Source: an uncultured delta proteobacterium
Lineage (GTDB): Bacteria > Desulfobacterota > Binatia > UBA9968
Assembly (NCBI GenBank): GCA_963755715.1
Contig: CAVWLW010000043.1
Coordinates: 1-64,000, forward strand
Length of the DNA stretch: 64,000 bases
Direction: 5' to 3'
A program made the position numbers and the translations under genes. The notes beneath the pieces were generated by a model, which saw nothing but the letters and a program-made list of their open reading frames with translations, was not told where the DNA came from and did no database searches. Below, piece after piece: positions 1 through 9,949 of this stretch (within the stretch, counting starts at the first letter, position 1; every line of letters begins with the position of its first letter).

Positions 1-73
1 TCGCCCTGAGGAAAAAGTCCCAACGAGTAGTGCAGGACTGGATCGTCCATCGTCATAACGACCGCCGCGAAGT

Positions 74-750
74 CTACCAGACAGCGCGCGCTTCCCGCTC
101 CTCCGGGTTGTCCTTGCTCACCGCCCAGCAGTAGCCACGGGGATTGATGAAACCGCATTCGGGACAGGTGCGATTAGCGACGTCGCGATTATAGTCCGTC
201 ACCGCCTGCCGCTCGGATTTCCAAAACACGTCGAAGCCGAGCCGGCCAGTTTCGCAAACGCGCTCGAAGAGGATCGTCAGGCAGCGCTCGCAGTACCAGG
301 CGAACCGGTCGCATTCGTCGCCGCTGGGATTTCCCATGATGACCAAGCTGTAGCCGAGGGCATCGGGGGTTTCGCCCGGCAGGCGCAGGTAGAGGTCGTC
401 CATGTCGTTGACGTGCCAGTAGCCGAAATTGTGGGTCACGTGGTGCGGCGTGCCGCTGGTCGTAACCGAGATCTCCAGGGGCTGCTTGAGAACCTCGATC
501 TTCCCCTGAGGCCCGATTTCGAAGTGGCGGCAACGGCTCCTTTTTGCGGATCGACGATGCCGGCCGCGCCGACGTAGCGGCGTCGAATGCCGTAGATGTT
601 TTGTCCCACCGCTTTGAACGTGGAGAAATGCGCCAGGACTTTCTCTTGGAAAAAATCCCAGTCGCCCGCCACTTTTTCCAAAGATTCTTTCACCACTAAA
701 TTTGCAAACATCTCTTTCGCCTCCGTATCGCTCGTCAATAACTTTGCCAC
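74..750 (-). CDS. 3-hydroxyanthranilate 3,4-dioxygenase-like cupin protein with C-terminal rubredoxin-like Cys4 site (frameshifted near 535)
   Basis: N-part in ORF 436..867 (KEMFANLVVKE..IVDPQK) switches into the frame of ORF 74..439 (HFEIGPQG..GYWHVNDMDD). WYCERC...RTCPECG matches the 3-HAO rubredoxin-like site. Start uncertain (GTG 750 or ATG 711). Confidence 0.55.
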
Positions 751-781
751 TCTATTGAGCAACAATCTCCACCAGCCGGCT

Positions 782-1723
782 CTAAAGGTATCCTTTCTCC
801 CGGTAATACTGGGCCGCGCCGGGATGGAGCGGTATCTCCGTATCGCGGCAGAACTCGTTGGGAACAATGCCGCCGGTGAGCCCCTGTCCCGGTTGAAACA
901 CGCTTTCGATCAATTGCTTTTGTTCGTCGATCGTCTTGACGATGCAGTGAGCGTACTCGTCGGGAAAATCCTCCCGGCAGTACAGCAGCCATCCCGCGAA
1001 ATCGAGCGTCGCGAGGTCCCGATCGACTCCGCGGAGCCTGCCGCGCGGTATCCAGCCCCGTTTCATCCCCATCCGCTCGCAGTGAACCAACGCGTGTTCC
1101 TCGACGGGCAGGAAGTGGAAGTCGATTTCATCTGTGATGACTTTCCATCTCTGCGTCATCAGGGCTTCGTCGAACACGGCGTCCACCTGGTTGGAGCGCA
1201 GCGCATCGAGCCGTCCCTTCTGCCTTTCCTCGGAGGAACCGTCCCGCCCCAGCGGCCTACATCTTCGAACCGGAGCCGTAAGCCTGAAAGATCTGGTCCG
1301 TAACCCAGTAGCGGGATGATTTGACGGCGCCGTGGAGATGCGAAGCGGATATCGCTTTTCGATCAATTCCCCGAAGCTGTTTACACCGGTGGATTTTTTT
1401 ACCGCAAGGGCGAGTTGGTCGAAGTGGGGAAAACGAGCGAGCGCCCTGACCGGCAGGGGCGAAGAGAAGTAGCCCTTGCCTTCGATCGCCATACGGCCGA
1501 ACCACGGCGGGGTCGTGATCGCCGTGTGAAACTTTCCTTCGGCAACCAGCAGAGGCCCGTCCATGCACGCTGCGCCCGGATCGAAGGTCGTTACCGAAAC
1601 CGTCGTGCCTTGCGGAAGGGGGCTGTTGTATCCGCTCATGCCTACGGCGATGATTCCCTGGATCTTCATCCAGTTGAAGCCGGGACCGAGGAATCGAAGC
1701 TCTGCGAGGTTTTTTGCATCCAT
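782..1723 (-). CDS. TAXI-family solute-binding-like protein, no evident signal peptide
   Basis: C-terminal IPLHPGAAQYYREKGYL is the TAXI signature. A segment at about 1240-1310 appears out of frame (alternative frame gives WVTDQIFQAYG), suggesting compensating indels. Confidence 0.7.
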   Translation of the reverse strand: MDAKNLAELRFLGPGFNWMKIQGIIAVGMSGYNSPLPQGTTVSVTTFDPGAACMDGPLLVAEGKFHTAITTPPWFGRMAIEGKGYFSSPLPVRALARFPHFDQLALAVKKSTGVNSFGELIEKRYPLRISTAPSNHPATGLRTRSFRLTAPVRRCRPLGRDGSSEERQKGRLDALRSNQVDAVFDEALMTQRWKVITDEIDFHFLPVEEHALVHCERMGMKRGWIPRGRLRGVDRDLATLDFAGWLLYCREDFPDEYAHCIVKTIDEQKQLIESVFQPGQGLTGGIVPNEFCRDTEIPLHPGAAQYYREKGYL

Positions 1724-1749
1724 CTTTTAGTTTCCCCCTTTATACGCGC

Positions 1750-2711
1750 TCAGGAGCCGCCATTTTCTATTTTGGCCACGAGGCTGTTGTCCATCAGTTT
1801 TTCGGCGGACAACTCCTTGCGTTTATCCGGCGGCACGATCAGGTCGATCAACGTTTGCACTTCCGCCGCTTTCATTCGCGGAGAGTCGTGGTACGCCGGC
1901 GCAGAAAATCATAGGAATATTTCAAAATCTCGGGGTCGGTGTTGCGCAAATTCTTGTCCAGCACGCGCAGCGCGTAGTCGCGCTCGGTCTTGATGATCCT
2001 GACCGCCTCGGTCATGGCACGGAGAAACTTTTCCGCCATCGAACGATGCGCGGCGTTTTGGAGAAATTTTTGCCGCACGATGTAGGCCGTGGCGAGAGTG
2101 CGCACCTCGTTGCTGCTGTCGAAGAGCGGCACGAATCCCTCCTTCTTCAGCATGAAATCGAATGGAGAGCTGACGGTGGTCGCCCGCACCGAGCTGTTCC
2201 TAAGCGCCAGCATCCGTTCCGGCTGCTGACCCACCTGAATGACCTCTAGCTCTTTCGGGCCGATGCCGAGCCTTTGCAGGGCGAGCAGGGTCATCGCATG
2301 GCTTAGGTCGCCGACGGTGCTGATCGCGAGCCTCTTGCCCTTGAGCTCGACCGGCGCTTTGATCGAAGGGTGCGCCATCAAGACGTACTTCAAGAGGCTA
2401 TGGCTGTTGCCGATGAAGACGAAATCGGCGCCTTGAAGATTTGCGAGCACAAAAGACGAAGGGAGGATGACCGCCATGTCCGATTGCCCCGATAGAAGGG
2501 CCGCGACGATATTCTTGCCGCCGCGGACATAGGTCACCGCGGTTTCGAGGGCGTGCTTTTCAAACAGGTTGCGGTCAATCGCGATCCACAGGGGAAGAAT
2601 ATCTGCCGCGATATAACCCTGCGCGATATTCAGCGTCTTGTGATCCGCCTGGAGCGGAGAAGAAACGAAAAACAAGGAGAGGGCAGCGAGCGCGATGGCG
2701 ATAAATTTCAT
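1750..2711 (-). CDS. ABC-type substrate-binding protein, NMT1/SsuA-like (frameshift near 1890)
   Basis: Signal peptide; PLWIAIDRNLFEKHAL and ELKGKRLAIS motifs. C-terminus continues in another frame (YHDSPRM...KIENGGS*) to TGA at 1752-1750. Confidence 0.8.
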
Positions 2712-2885
2712 CCAGTCTCCTTAGGATAAAAAACAATTTGCCAGCCCGTTCCCCGTGGGTACCCCAGCGTCCGCGAGCCCGTTCTTCAGCGGTGACGAGG
2801 CCCGGAGCATGCGCAAGATATAACTCCGGGTGTCGTGATCGTCAATTGCGGGGCACGCTTGGTTTCAGATAATATGAAAGCATGA

Positions 2886-2905
2886 GAAAAGGGGACGCGA
2901 ACCTT
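2886..2905 (+). repeat. REP-like repeat, copy 1 (GAAAAGGGGACGCGAACCTT)
   Basis: Inverted copy at 3630-3648 and near-identical direct copy at 6395-6417. Confidence 0.7.
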
Positions 2906-3049
2906 TTTACGTTTGCGTATTCGTTAATTCCAATTGCTTTCTAGGTCTGCCGCGGGGATGAAGTGTGGATTTCAATCCGAGCATAGCCGCGATCTGTGTC
3001 TGCCAAGTTTCCGTGCCGTAGGGCAGCAGCGATCGACGCATCCCGCTGC

Positions 3050-3606
3050 GCTTCGATCTGGGCTCCGGTTTGTGCCGCGTTCACCCATTCAACCCGTCTC
3101 CGCCGTTCGAAGGGCCAGTCGCTCAGCAGCATTCTCGATCCCCATGAACTCTTCACCATAGACCGCACCAGCGCATTTTGCGCCCGCGACGAGCTGGGCT
3201 CGCCAGGCGTTGCGTTCCACATAACGGATCACATTGAGCGCGGCTTGATCCTGCTCGACAGGAAAACTTTCGAACCGCCCTTGATAAATATGCCCGTAGC
3301 CGGTGGTGGGCGGTGGGCGTGTAGGCGCTGACTATGAGTGAGCGTGAGCCAGCGAAGAATCGGTCATCTCGCCGGCTTTCTTCGGCCAGAGGACCATGTG
3401 CCATAATTGGGCATCAGACAGTAAGCCAAAAGTCGGAGTGGAGAACGGCGCATCGCTGCAACCATAATCCGCTCGAACGCGGCGTAATCTTCGGGCTTGT
3501 CAAAAAGTTGGGTGGCCCATTGTCGCGGAAGGGCGCGGTAATTCTTTCCACACGCGTCAGCCACCATTGCTTGTCCACGCGATCCGAGAAATGCTTTTGC
3601 TCTCAT
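3050..3606 (-). pseudogene. REP-associated tyrosine transposase (RAYT, IS200/Y1-like) remnant
   Basis: Across frames reads LFDKPEDYAAFERIM..LRLLAYCLMPN / HMVLWP / GHIYQGRFESFPVE..VIRYVERN, the typical RAYT motifs. Several frameshifts, and the HUH motif is disrupted. Boundaries approximate. Confidence 0.8.
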
Positions 3607-3629
3607 CTCGGCGTCGACGAATCAGGATC

Positions 3630-3648
3630 AAGGTTCGCGTCCCTTTTC
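3630..3648 (-). repeat. REP-like repeat, copy 2 (inverted)
   Basis: AAGGTTCGCGTCCCTTTTC is the reverse complement of copy 1 with one G fewer. Confidence 0.7.
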
Positions 3649-3882
3649 CCATCGACCGAAATACCATCCTTGAGGCTGCGTGAGCGATTGCTGGTTTGAA
3701 AGTCGCCGAATCGCATCCTGTCAGGGGATGGTATAGGTTCAGACACAACAATCATATCAATCTTCACTACAAGTTTGAGCGTCATGGCAACTAAGCCGTG
3801 CGGATTAGGCGAGCCAGCTTTGCCACGCAATCGCGTTTGACACCAAAAACTTGAATCGGATAGCCTGCCGTGGAGGTCGGGT

Positions 3883-4221
3883 GTGCTAATAGTTGTCTAT
3901 ATCCTGCTGATCGTCGTCACATTCGTCGCTGCGTTAGCGTTAGTTACGTTTTCGCCAATCAGACAAGTCCGACAGCCAGCAAGATCGTTGCTGTTAGGGT
4001 TAGGAAGTAGTGGCGTGGCAGGTCTATCGTCGATTCCTCTGGCTTTATACGGCAATCGAGTAGTCTGGCTGGGGCTGCTCATTATCGGGGTACTAATAGC
4101 GGGAATCGGCGGAGTTCTAATCGGATTGTTAGGTTCAGCAGAAGGAATCAGCACAAAAACGAAAGACGACTTTGCTCCCAAACGTGGGGACGATCAGTGG
4201 TATGGAGGCTGGGGAGGTTGA
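3883..4221 (+). CDS. small membrane protein (about 3 TM helices), unknown function
   Basis: GGAGG RBS before GTG; three hydrophobic stretches. Confidence 0.55.
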   Translation: MLIVVYILLIVVTFVAALALVTFSPIRQVRQPARSLLLGLGSSGVAGLSSIPLALYGNRVVWLGLLIIGVLIAGIGGVLIGLLGSAEGISTKTKDDFAPKRGDDQWYGGWGG

Positions 4222-4315
4222 GCGCTGCTCACCGGTTACGTGCGGTGCTTTAATGGGGTTTCCCGTTATCTGCTGGGGTTTATTTCGGTTCCGACAAACC
4301 TGTGAGGGTACCGCT

Positions 4316-5248
4316 GTGGAAAAGCGATTGCCTTGCGTTTACGTAGCATTTCTCATCGTCACGCTCCTGCTCATCGCGGGACCGAAAACCGAAGCACAAG
4401 TAAAACAAACTGTAAGCATAAAAGCGCTCACCCTGGGAGTGGTCTACCAGAGCGAACCGCAGCCGGTGGCGGAGCATTTTCGTCCTCTAGTGGAATATGC
4501 GGCTCGTAAACTTGCGCCGACTGGGGAGATTAAGAGCAGCGTTATCGTCGCAAATAGCGTCTCCCAGCTCATCGAATTAGTTGAGCGGGCGCAGGTTGAT
4601 TTCTACCTGGAAAGTCCCTTTCCCACTTATCTCATCAACCGCACCGGCACTGGCAGGTTATTGCTCAGACGTTGGAAAGGCGGCATGAGCGAGTATCGGG
4701 GTGTCATCTTCACGAGCAAGGCAAGCCGCATCACTCGTCTCGAAGATCTACGCGGCAAGATGATCGCTTTCGAAGATCCTGGATCGACATCCGGTTATTT
4801 TTTGCCCAAGCTCTTGCTATTGGAGAAGCGATTCCAGGTGGCGGAAAAACCGGATCTCTCGGCCAAGGTCTTGGGGGGCGAAATCGGTTATATTTTTGCG
4901 AGTTCGGAAAAAAATGTCGTTAAACTGGTGCGCGAAGAGAAAGTGGCGGCAGGAGCCATCAGTAACGATGACTATGCGAGTTTAGACGAGGCGAGTAAAG
5001 CCCGCCTCGCGGTTCTCGTCGAGAGCGGATCGGTGCCTCGGCACCTCGTATCGGTGCGCAGGAATCTGCCTGAAGCAGTTATAAAGCGCCTCAAAGAGAT
5101 ACTTTTGAGCATGCACCAGGACGATGAAGGGCAGAAAATCCTCCGACAAACAGACGGTACGACAAAATTCGACACACTGCCCGGAGGCGAGGAAGCATTT
5201 CGCCGGAAGCTGAATGACCTGTATCACCTCAGGGGCGAAAAAAAATAG
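4316..5248 (+). CDS. phosphate/phosphite/phosphonate ABC substrate-binding protein (PhnD-like)
   Basis: YRGVIF..LEDLRGKMIAFEDPGSTSGYFLP motif. Signal-like segment follows GTG 4316; the ORF is open from 4172. Confidence 0.8.
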   Translation: MEKRLPCVYVAFLIVTLLLIAGPKTEAQVKQTVSIKALTLGVVYQSEPQPVAEHFRPLVEYAARKLAPTGEIKSSVIVANSVSQLIELVERAQVDFYLESPFPTYLINRTGTGRLLLRRWKGGMSEYRGVIFTSKASRITRLEDLRGKMIAFEDPGSTSGYFLPKLLLLEKRFQVAEKPDLSAKVLGGEIGYIFASSEKNVVKLVREEKVAAGAISNDDYASLDEASKARLAVLVESGSVPRHLVSVRRNLPEAVIKRLKEILLSMHQDDEGQKILRQTDGTTKFDTLPGGEEAFRRKLNDLYHLRGEKK

Positions 5249-5321
5249 CGGCCTGCGAGCTTAACTCGACTGAAGAAGTCGGTCCTGTCAAAAAACCGAT
5301 CGTGAAAGAAGCAACAGAAAA

Positions 5322-6377
5322 ATGCCAAAGACAATATTTAGATGTTCGCCTGTGAGGTCGCATTTAACGACCGCTCTATCCGTTCTGTTGATTGTCCTGG
5401 GTGCGCGGGCTGAGCGCGCACTAAGCGCTACGTCTTTCTATGAAGGGAAAACTATCCGAATTATCGTTGGCACGTCGCCGGGCGGTGGATACGATACCTA
5501 TACTCGCCTCATTGCGCGCCATTTTAGCAAATATATTCCAGGAAAACCGAGCATCATCGTTGACAATATGCCCGGGGCGGGCGGATTGCTTTCGGCAAAT
5601 CATCTCTTCAAAGTAGCCAAACCCGACGGTCTCACCATCGGTCATTTTGTTGGCGGACAATTCTTACAACAGCTCCTCGCGAAGCCTGGTATTGAATTCG
5701 ATGCGCTTAAATTTGAATACGTCGGCGTGCCGGCGCAAGACGATTTTGTCTTTGGCGTGGCCAAGACGACCGGTGTGACGAGCGTGGAGCAATGGTTGGT
5801 ATCGAAGACAGTGGTCAAGTTTGGCGCCATCGCGGCCGGTGATGGAACCTATGATGTTCCTAAAGTCGCCGAGGTCGCTCTTGGCCTGCCGATTCAGGTA
5901 GTATCGGGCTATAAAGGGACTGCGCCAATTCGCTTGGCATTTAACAGCGGCGAGGTCGGCGGCCTAAGCAATTCGTGGCAGTCGTTTCGCGCTACATGGA
6001 GAAAGGAACTTGAAACCGGCGAGGTGACAATGGTGCTTCAGCTGAGCACGAAGCCCCACCCGGATATTCCTAAGGTGCCTTTAGCGACAAACTTCGCCAA
6101 GACAGACGAGATGCGCAAACTCATCGTGGCAGTAGCCCAAGCTCACGGCGCCGCGGTGCGTCCCTACGTCCTACCTCCCGGCACGCCTAAGGACCGGGTG
6201 GAAATCCTGCGCACCTCTTTTATGGAGACCGTCAAAGATCCCGAACTGCTCAACGAAGCCGCCAAAGCCAATTTGGAAATCAATCCAGGATCGGGCGAAG
6301 GTCTCGAGCGCAATGTCAAAGAACTGCTCCGTCTTGATCCCGCGCTGGTGGCACGGCTTAAAGAAATTTTAAAATAG
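5322..6377 (+). CDS. tripartite tricarboxylate transporter (Bug/TctC) substrate-binding protein
   Basis: FYEGKTIRIIVGTSPGGGYD, NMPGAGG, KPDGLTIG, PPGTPKDRV motifs. Confidence 0.9.
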   Translation: MPKTIFRCSPVRSHLTTALSVLLIVLGARAERALSATSFYEGKTIRIIVGTSPGGGYDTYTRLIARHFSKYIPGKPSIIVDNMPGAGGLLSANHLFKVAKPDGLTIGHFVGGQFLQQLLAKPGIEFDALKFEYVGVPAQDDFVFGVAKTTGVTSVEQWLVSKTVVKFGAIAAGDGTYDVPKVAEVALGLPIQVVSGYKGTAPIRLAFNSGEVGGLSNSWQSFRATWRKELETGEVTMVLQLSTKPHPDIPKVPLATNFAKTDEMRKLIVAVAQAHGAAVRPYVLPPGTPKDRVEILRTSFMETVKDPELLNEAAKANLEINPGSGEGLERNVKELLRLDPALVARLKEILK

Positions 6378-6394
6378 GTAGCGAGATGGCGAGG

Positions 6395-6417
6395 GAGAAA
6401 AGGGGACGCGGACCTTT
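6395..6417 (+). repeat. REP-like repeat, copy 3
   Basis: GAGAAAAGGGGACGCGGACCTTT, one mismatch to 2884-2906. Confidence 0.65.
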
Positions 6418-6552
6418 ATCTTGACGTTCATGTCTGGGAGTTTCGCGACGGTAAAATCTCACGTTTGGCTGGATTCAGGCGCGATCATCAATCAATGAAC
6501 CGCCGCTGGTGCGGCACCTGCCGGCGAAATCGCTTTGTACTGACACGCGTCG

Positions 6553-6580
6553 GTAGGAGCGCGGTGTCGCCACCGCGCTC
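6553..6580 (+). repeat. GTAG-type REP hairpin
   Basis: GTAG followed by a perfect 10-bp stem GAGCGCGGTG-tcgc-CACCGCGCTC. Confidence 0.55.
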
Positions 6581-6688
6581 TCATCTCCGCTCATAAAACT
6601 TCCCTTGACAGCTCAATCCCATTGGTCGTAAGCAGTGAGCACACGGCTCACGAATCATTCAAACTCTACATCGGGTAGGGAGGGCATT

Positions 6689-7633
6689 ATGCAAGTTCAT
6701 CCCGGCTTTTTTTTGTTACTCTCGTTTGTCTTACTTGGGCTCGACTGCGATTGGGCGGCGGCGGAAAAGATTCGCGTTGCTTCTTCCAGTCCGTCGCTCA
6801 CGGCGCGGCTGCCTCACATGGTCGCTCACGCGGAAGGATTTTTCACTCGCGAGGGATTAGAAGTCGAGTCGATCGTGGTGCGCAATGATGCGACGATCTT
6901 GGCAGCGCTGGCGGCGGGGGAATTCACTTTCGTCGAGAGTGGCGCGCCACCCGCTGTGGCGGCGATTTCCAAGGGGTTACCGTTCGTTATCATCGGCGGC
7001 TTTCGCTCCCGTTTAGATTACGTGTTGATGGGCCGAAAGGGGCTGTCGACAAGCAAAGATTTGAAGGGTGCCAAGATCGGCGTGACCGGCGCCGGAGGAT
7101 TGTCGGAGGCGGTGGCGATTGCAGCGATGAAAAAGCTCGGTTTCCAGCGCGACAAAGACTACACGATGTTGTACGTCGGCAATAGTCCGCTGCGCATGAT
7201 CGCTTTGGAACAGGGCCGGGTCGACGCCTCGATTTTTTCGCCGCAGCAACAGATCGTCTTGGCGAGCAAGGGCTACCCACTGCTGACCGACGTTGGCCGG
7301 CTCTTGCCTGAAGTCCCGGCGCTGATACTGAGCGCCATGCGTGAGAAGACCAAGTCCAATCCCGAGCAAGCGGTGCGTTTCTTACGCGCGATGCAGCAGG
7401 CGATGAATTTGATCAGGAACGATCCTGATCGCGCGCTCGAAGATGCGCGCAAGCAAAGATACAGCGGCGATTTCAAAATGGAACGGGAAGCGCTGAAGTA
7501 TTACTACGACGCCTACAGCATCGTTTTCGGCGCCGCCAATCTCGAGTCGCTGATCGAATTGTCGGGTTTGAAGACTGCCATGAAGCCAGCCGAATTCTTC
7601 GATGCGAGCTTGGCCGCTAAAGCGCAGCGCTGA
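6689..7633 (+). CDS. ABC-type substrate-binding protein, NMT1/SsuA-like
   Basis: Signal peptide; GFFTREGLEVE and DLKGAKIGVTG motifs; GGAGG RBS upstream of ATG 6689. Confidence 0.85.
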   Translation: MQVHPGFFLLLSFVLLGLDCDWAAAEKIRVASSSPSLTARLPHMVAHAEGFFTREGLEVESIVVRNDATILAALAAGEFTFVESGAPPAVAAISKGLPFVIIGGFRSRLDYVLMGRKGLSTSKDLKGAKIGVTGAGGLSEAVAIAAMKKLGFQRDKDYTMLYVGNSPLRMIALEQGRVDASIFSPQQQIVLASKGYPLLTDVGRLLPEVPALILSAMREKTKSNPEQAVRFLRAMQQAMNLIRNDPDRALEDARKQRYSGDFKMEREALKYYYDAYSIVFGAANLESLIELSGLKTAMKPAEFFDASLAAKAQR

Positions 7634-7674
7634 ACCGCGAGAGTTTGCTGCTGACTTGTGCAATCGGGTCGCAG

Positions 7675-9936
7675 TTATCTGGTTTCGCGCGCACCTCTAA
7701 CGCTTTTCATCGCATCGTAAACCGCCTCGGCGCTCAACGGTAAGTCGGTGACTTGTTTGCCGATGGCGTCGTAAAGCGCGTTGGCGATGCAAGGCGCGGT
7801 CGGCACCGCGCTGTGTTCGCCTACCGGTTTGCTATGAAAGGGTCCGGGGCCGTCTTGATCCTGGAACAGCAGAGTTTCAAGTGGCGGCACATCGGCGGCG
7901 CACGGGATTTTGTATTCGCCCAGGCTGGGCGTGATGATTTTGCCTTCGTCGTCGCGTAGATTTTCCATCAGCGCGAACCCTAAGCCCTGCATCATGCCGC
8001 CTTCGACCTGCCCTTGATAAGTGACCGGATTGATCACCGTGCCCGTGTCATGAGCGGAAAGCATTTTGAGGATAGTTACTTTGCCAGTTTCCGGATCGAC
8101 TTTGATCTTCGCCGCCTGGGCAAAAAAACAGGCGGTGCCACCGCGCTCTTGGATTTGAAAATTCGCTTTGACTTGCAGCTTTCGTCCGGCCGCGGCGGCG
8201 CGTGCAGCTAATTCCGCGAAAGAGATTTTCTCTTTGGCGCCGTTACGGAGAACACTTTTACCAATCCGCAGTCTCTCGACCGGGCAGCGAAAAGTTTCTG
8301 CGGCCTCATTGAGAAGCAGATCGCGCAAACCGCTGGCGGCTTTTTGGCTTGCTTGACCCGCGAGATAAGTGACCCGGCTGGCAGCGACGGCGACATCGGT
8401 TGGGAAATGGTCCGTGGTGCCCATGATAATTTCAACATCGTCAGCGGCAACGCCAAGCGTCTCGGCGGCGATTTGGCGGAAAATCGTGTGGGAGCCGGTG
8501 CCGGTGTCGGGGACCGTGGTGACCAGATAAACTCGGCCATCGTCTTTCAGACCAACCTCGACGTTGGCTTCGCCGATGCCGATCTCCCGGATGCAAAACG
8601 CCAGCCCTTGACCGACGTAAGGTTGCCTTTTTCTAGCGCCGTTCCAGCCGATTTTCGCCGCAACGCGCTTGAGCAGTTGGCGCGCCTTGTCGTCTTCGAG
8701 CCGCACACCGTAGGGCAGTAGGTCGCCGCGCTTGAGCAGGTTGCGGTAGCGGAATTCGATCGGGTCCATTTTTATTTGCGCGGCAAGAAAATCGGTGTGG
8801 CTTTCAACCGCGAACAGCATCTGAGCTTCGCCGGGGCCGCGCATAATGCCGCTCGGGACGCAATTGGTGTAAACCGAGAAGGCGTCGATCTTGAGATGGG
8901 GAATGAAATAAGCGCCGGCGCCGTGGCGCGCGCCCGGTAGATTCACGGTGTCGTTGTTTTTGAATCCAGCGTAAGCGCCGCTGTTGAAGATCACTCTGAC
9001 TTCCCTGGCCCAAAGTCTACCGTCGCGCTTGAGGCCGCTTTTGATCGTGATCAGCGCCGGGTGGCGCGGGTTGGCGGCGGTCAATTCTTCACTGTAGCTC
9101 ATGATCATCTTGACAGGGCGGCCGGTGGCTTTGGCGAGCGAGTAGCAGAGCGGAATGTCCATCAGCGAAGCTTTGCCGCCGAAGTCGCCGCCCACCGGAC
9201 TGATCTGGAAGCAGATTTTTTCTTCCGGCAGATCGAGCCATTGGGCGAGATGCGATCGAGTGACGTAGGGACCCTTAGCAGGACACCAGACGAGAACGCG
9301 CCCGGACGCTTCGATATCGACGACCACGGCGTGGGGCTCGAGATAGCCGTGATGCACGCGCGGCGTGGTGAAGCTCTGTTCAAAAATCAACTCAGATTCT
9401 TGAAATCCTTGCGCGACGTCGCCGAAGACCGACTGAACGTGAGAATGGACGTTGGGAATATCGGACAGCGGCAAACGGAGAATTTCGTAGCTGCGCAAGT
9501 TCTCGTGCAGGATCGGCGCCTCGGCAGCCATGGCTTGGATCGGGTCATGGACCGATTTCATTTCTTCATAATCGACGACAATCCGGTTGAGCGCCTCTTC
9601 GGCAATCTCCGGAGTCCGCGCCGCGACGACAGCCACCCGCTCGCCGATGAAGCGCACGGTTTGCTGCGCCAGCACCGGCATGTCCCTCAATCTTCGGCCG
9701 ACCAAGCGGCGCGGCAAGTCGTCGGCGGTGAGCACGGCAAAAACGCCTTCGATGTTTTTCGCCGAGGCGGTATCGATGCTGCGGATGCGCGCGTGGGCAT
9801 AGGGACTTCGCAGGCATTTGCCCCAGATCGTGCCCGGCCGTTCGATATCCGCGGCGTAGCGTATCCCACCGGAGACTTTCGCCTGACCGTCGAGACGGGT
9901 TGCCGATCTGCCGACTTGGGTAAGGGGGTGTGTCAT
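7675..9936 (-). CDS. xanthine dehydrogenase/aldehyde oxidoreductase-family molybdopterin-binding subunit
   Basis: LRSPYAHARI, GGDFGGK, MRGPG, GQVEGG..QGLG, KPVGE (catalytic Glu) motifs. Confidence 0.92.
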   Translation of the reverse strand: MTHPLTQVGRSATRLDGQAKVSGGIRYAADIERPGTIWGKCLRSPYAHARIRSIDTASAKNIEGVFAVLTADDLPRRLVGRRLRDMPVLAQQTVRFIGERVAVVAARTPEIAEEALNRIVVDYEEMKSVHDPIQAMAAEAPILHENLRSYEILRLPLSDIPNVHSHVQSVFGDVAQGFQESELIFEQSFTTPRVHHGYLEPHAVVVDIEASGRVLVWCPAKGPYVTRSHLAQWLDLPEEKICFQISPVGGDFGGKASLMDIPLCYSLAKATGRPVKMIMSYSEELTAANPRHPALITIKSGLKRDGRLWAREVRVIFNSGAYAGFKNNDTVNLPGARHGAGAYFIPHLKIDAFSVYTNCVPSGIMRGPGEAQMLFAVESHTDFLAAQIKMDPIEFRYRNLLKRGDLLPYGVRLEDDKARQLLKRVAAKIGWNGARKRQPYVGQGLAFCIREIGIGEANVEVGLKDDGRVYLVTTVPDTGTGSHTIFRQIAAETLGVAADDVEIIMGTTDHFPTDVAVAASRVTYLAGQASQKAASGLRDLLLNEAAETFRCPVERLRIGKSVLRNGAKEKISFAELAARAAAAGRKLQVKANFQIQERGGTACFFAQAAKIKVDPETGKVTILKMLSAHDTGTVINPVTYQGQVEGGMMQGLGFALMENLRDDEGKIITPSLGEYKIPCAADVPPLETLLFQDQDGPGPFHSKPVGEHSAVPTAPCIANALYDAIGKQVTDLPLSAEAVYDAMKSVRGARETR

Positions 9937-9949
9937 GGTTACGCCGTTT

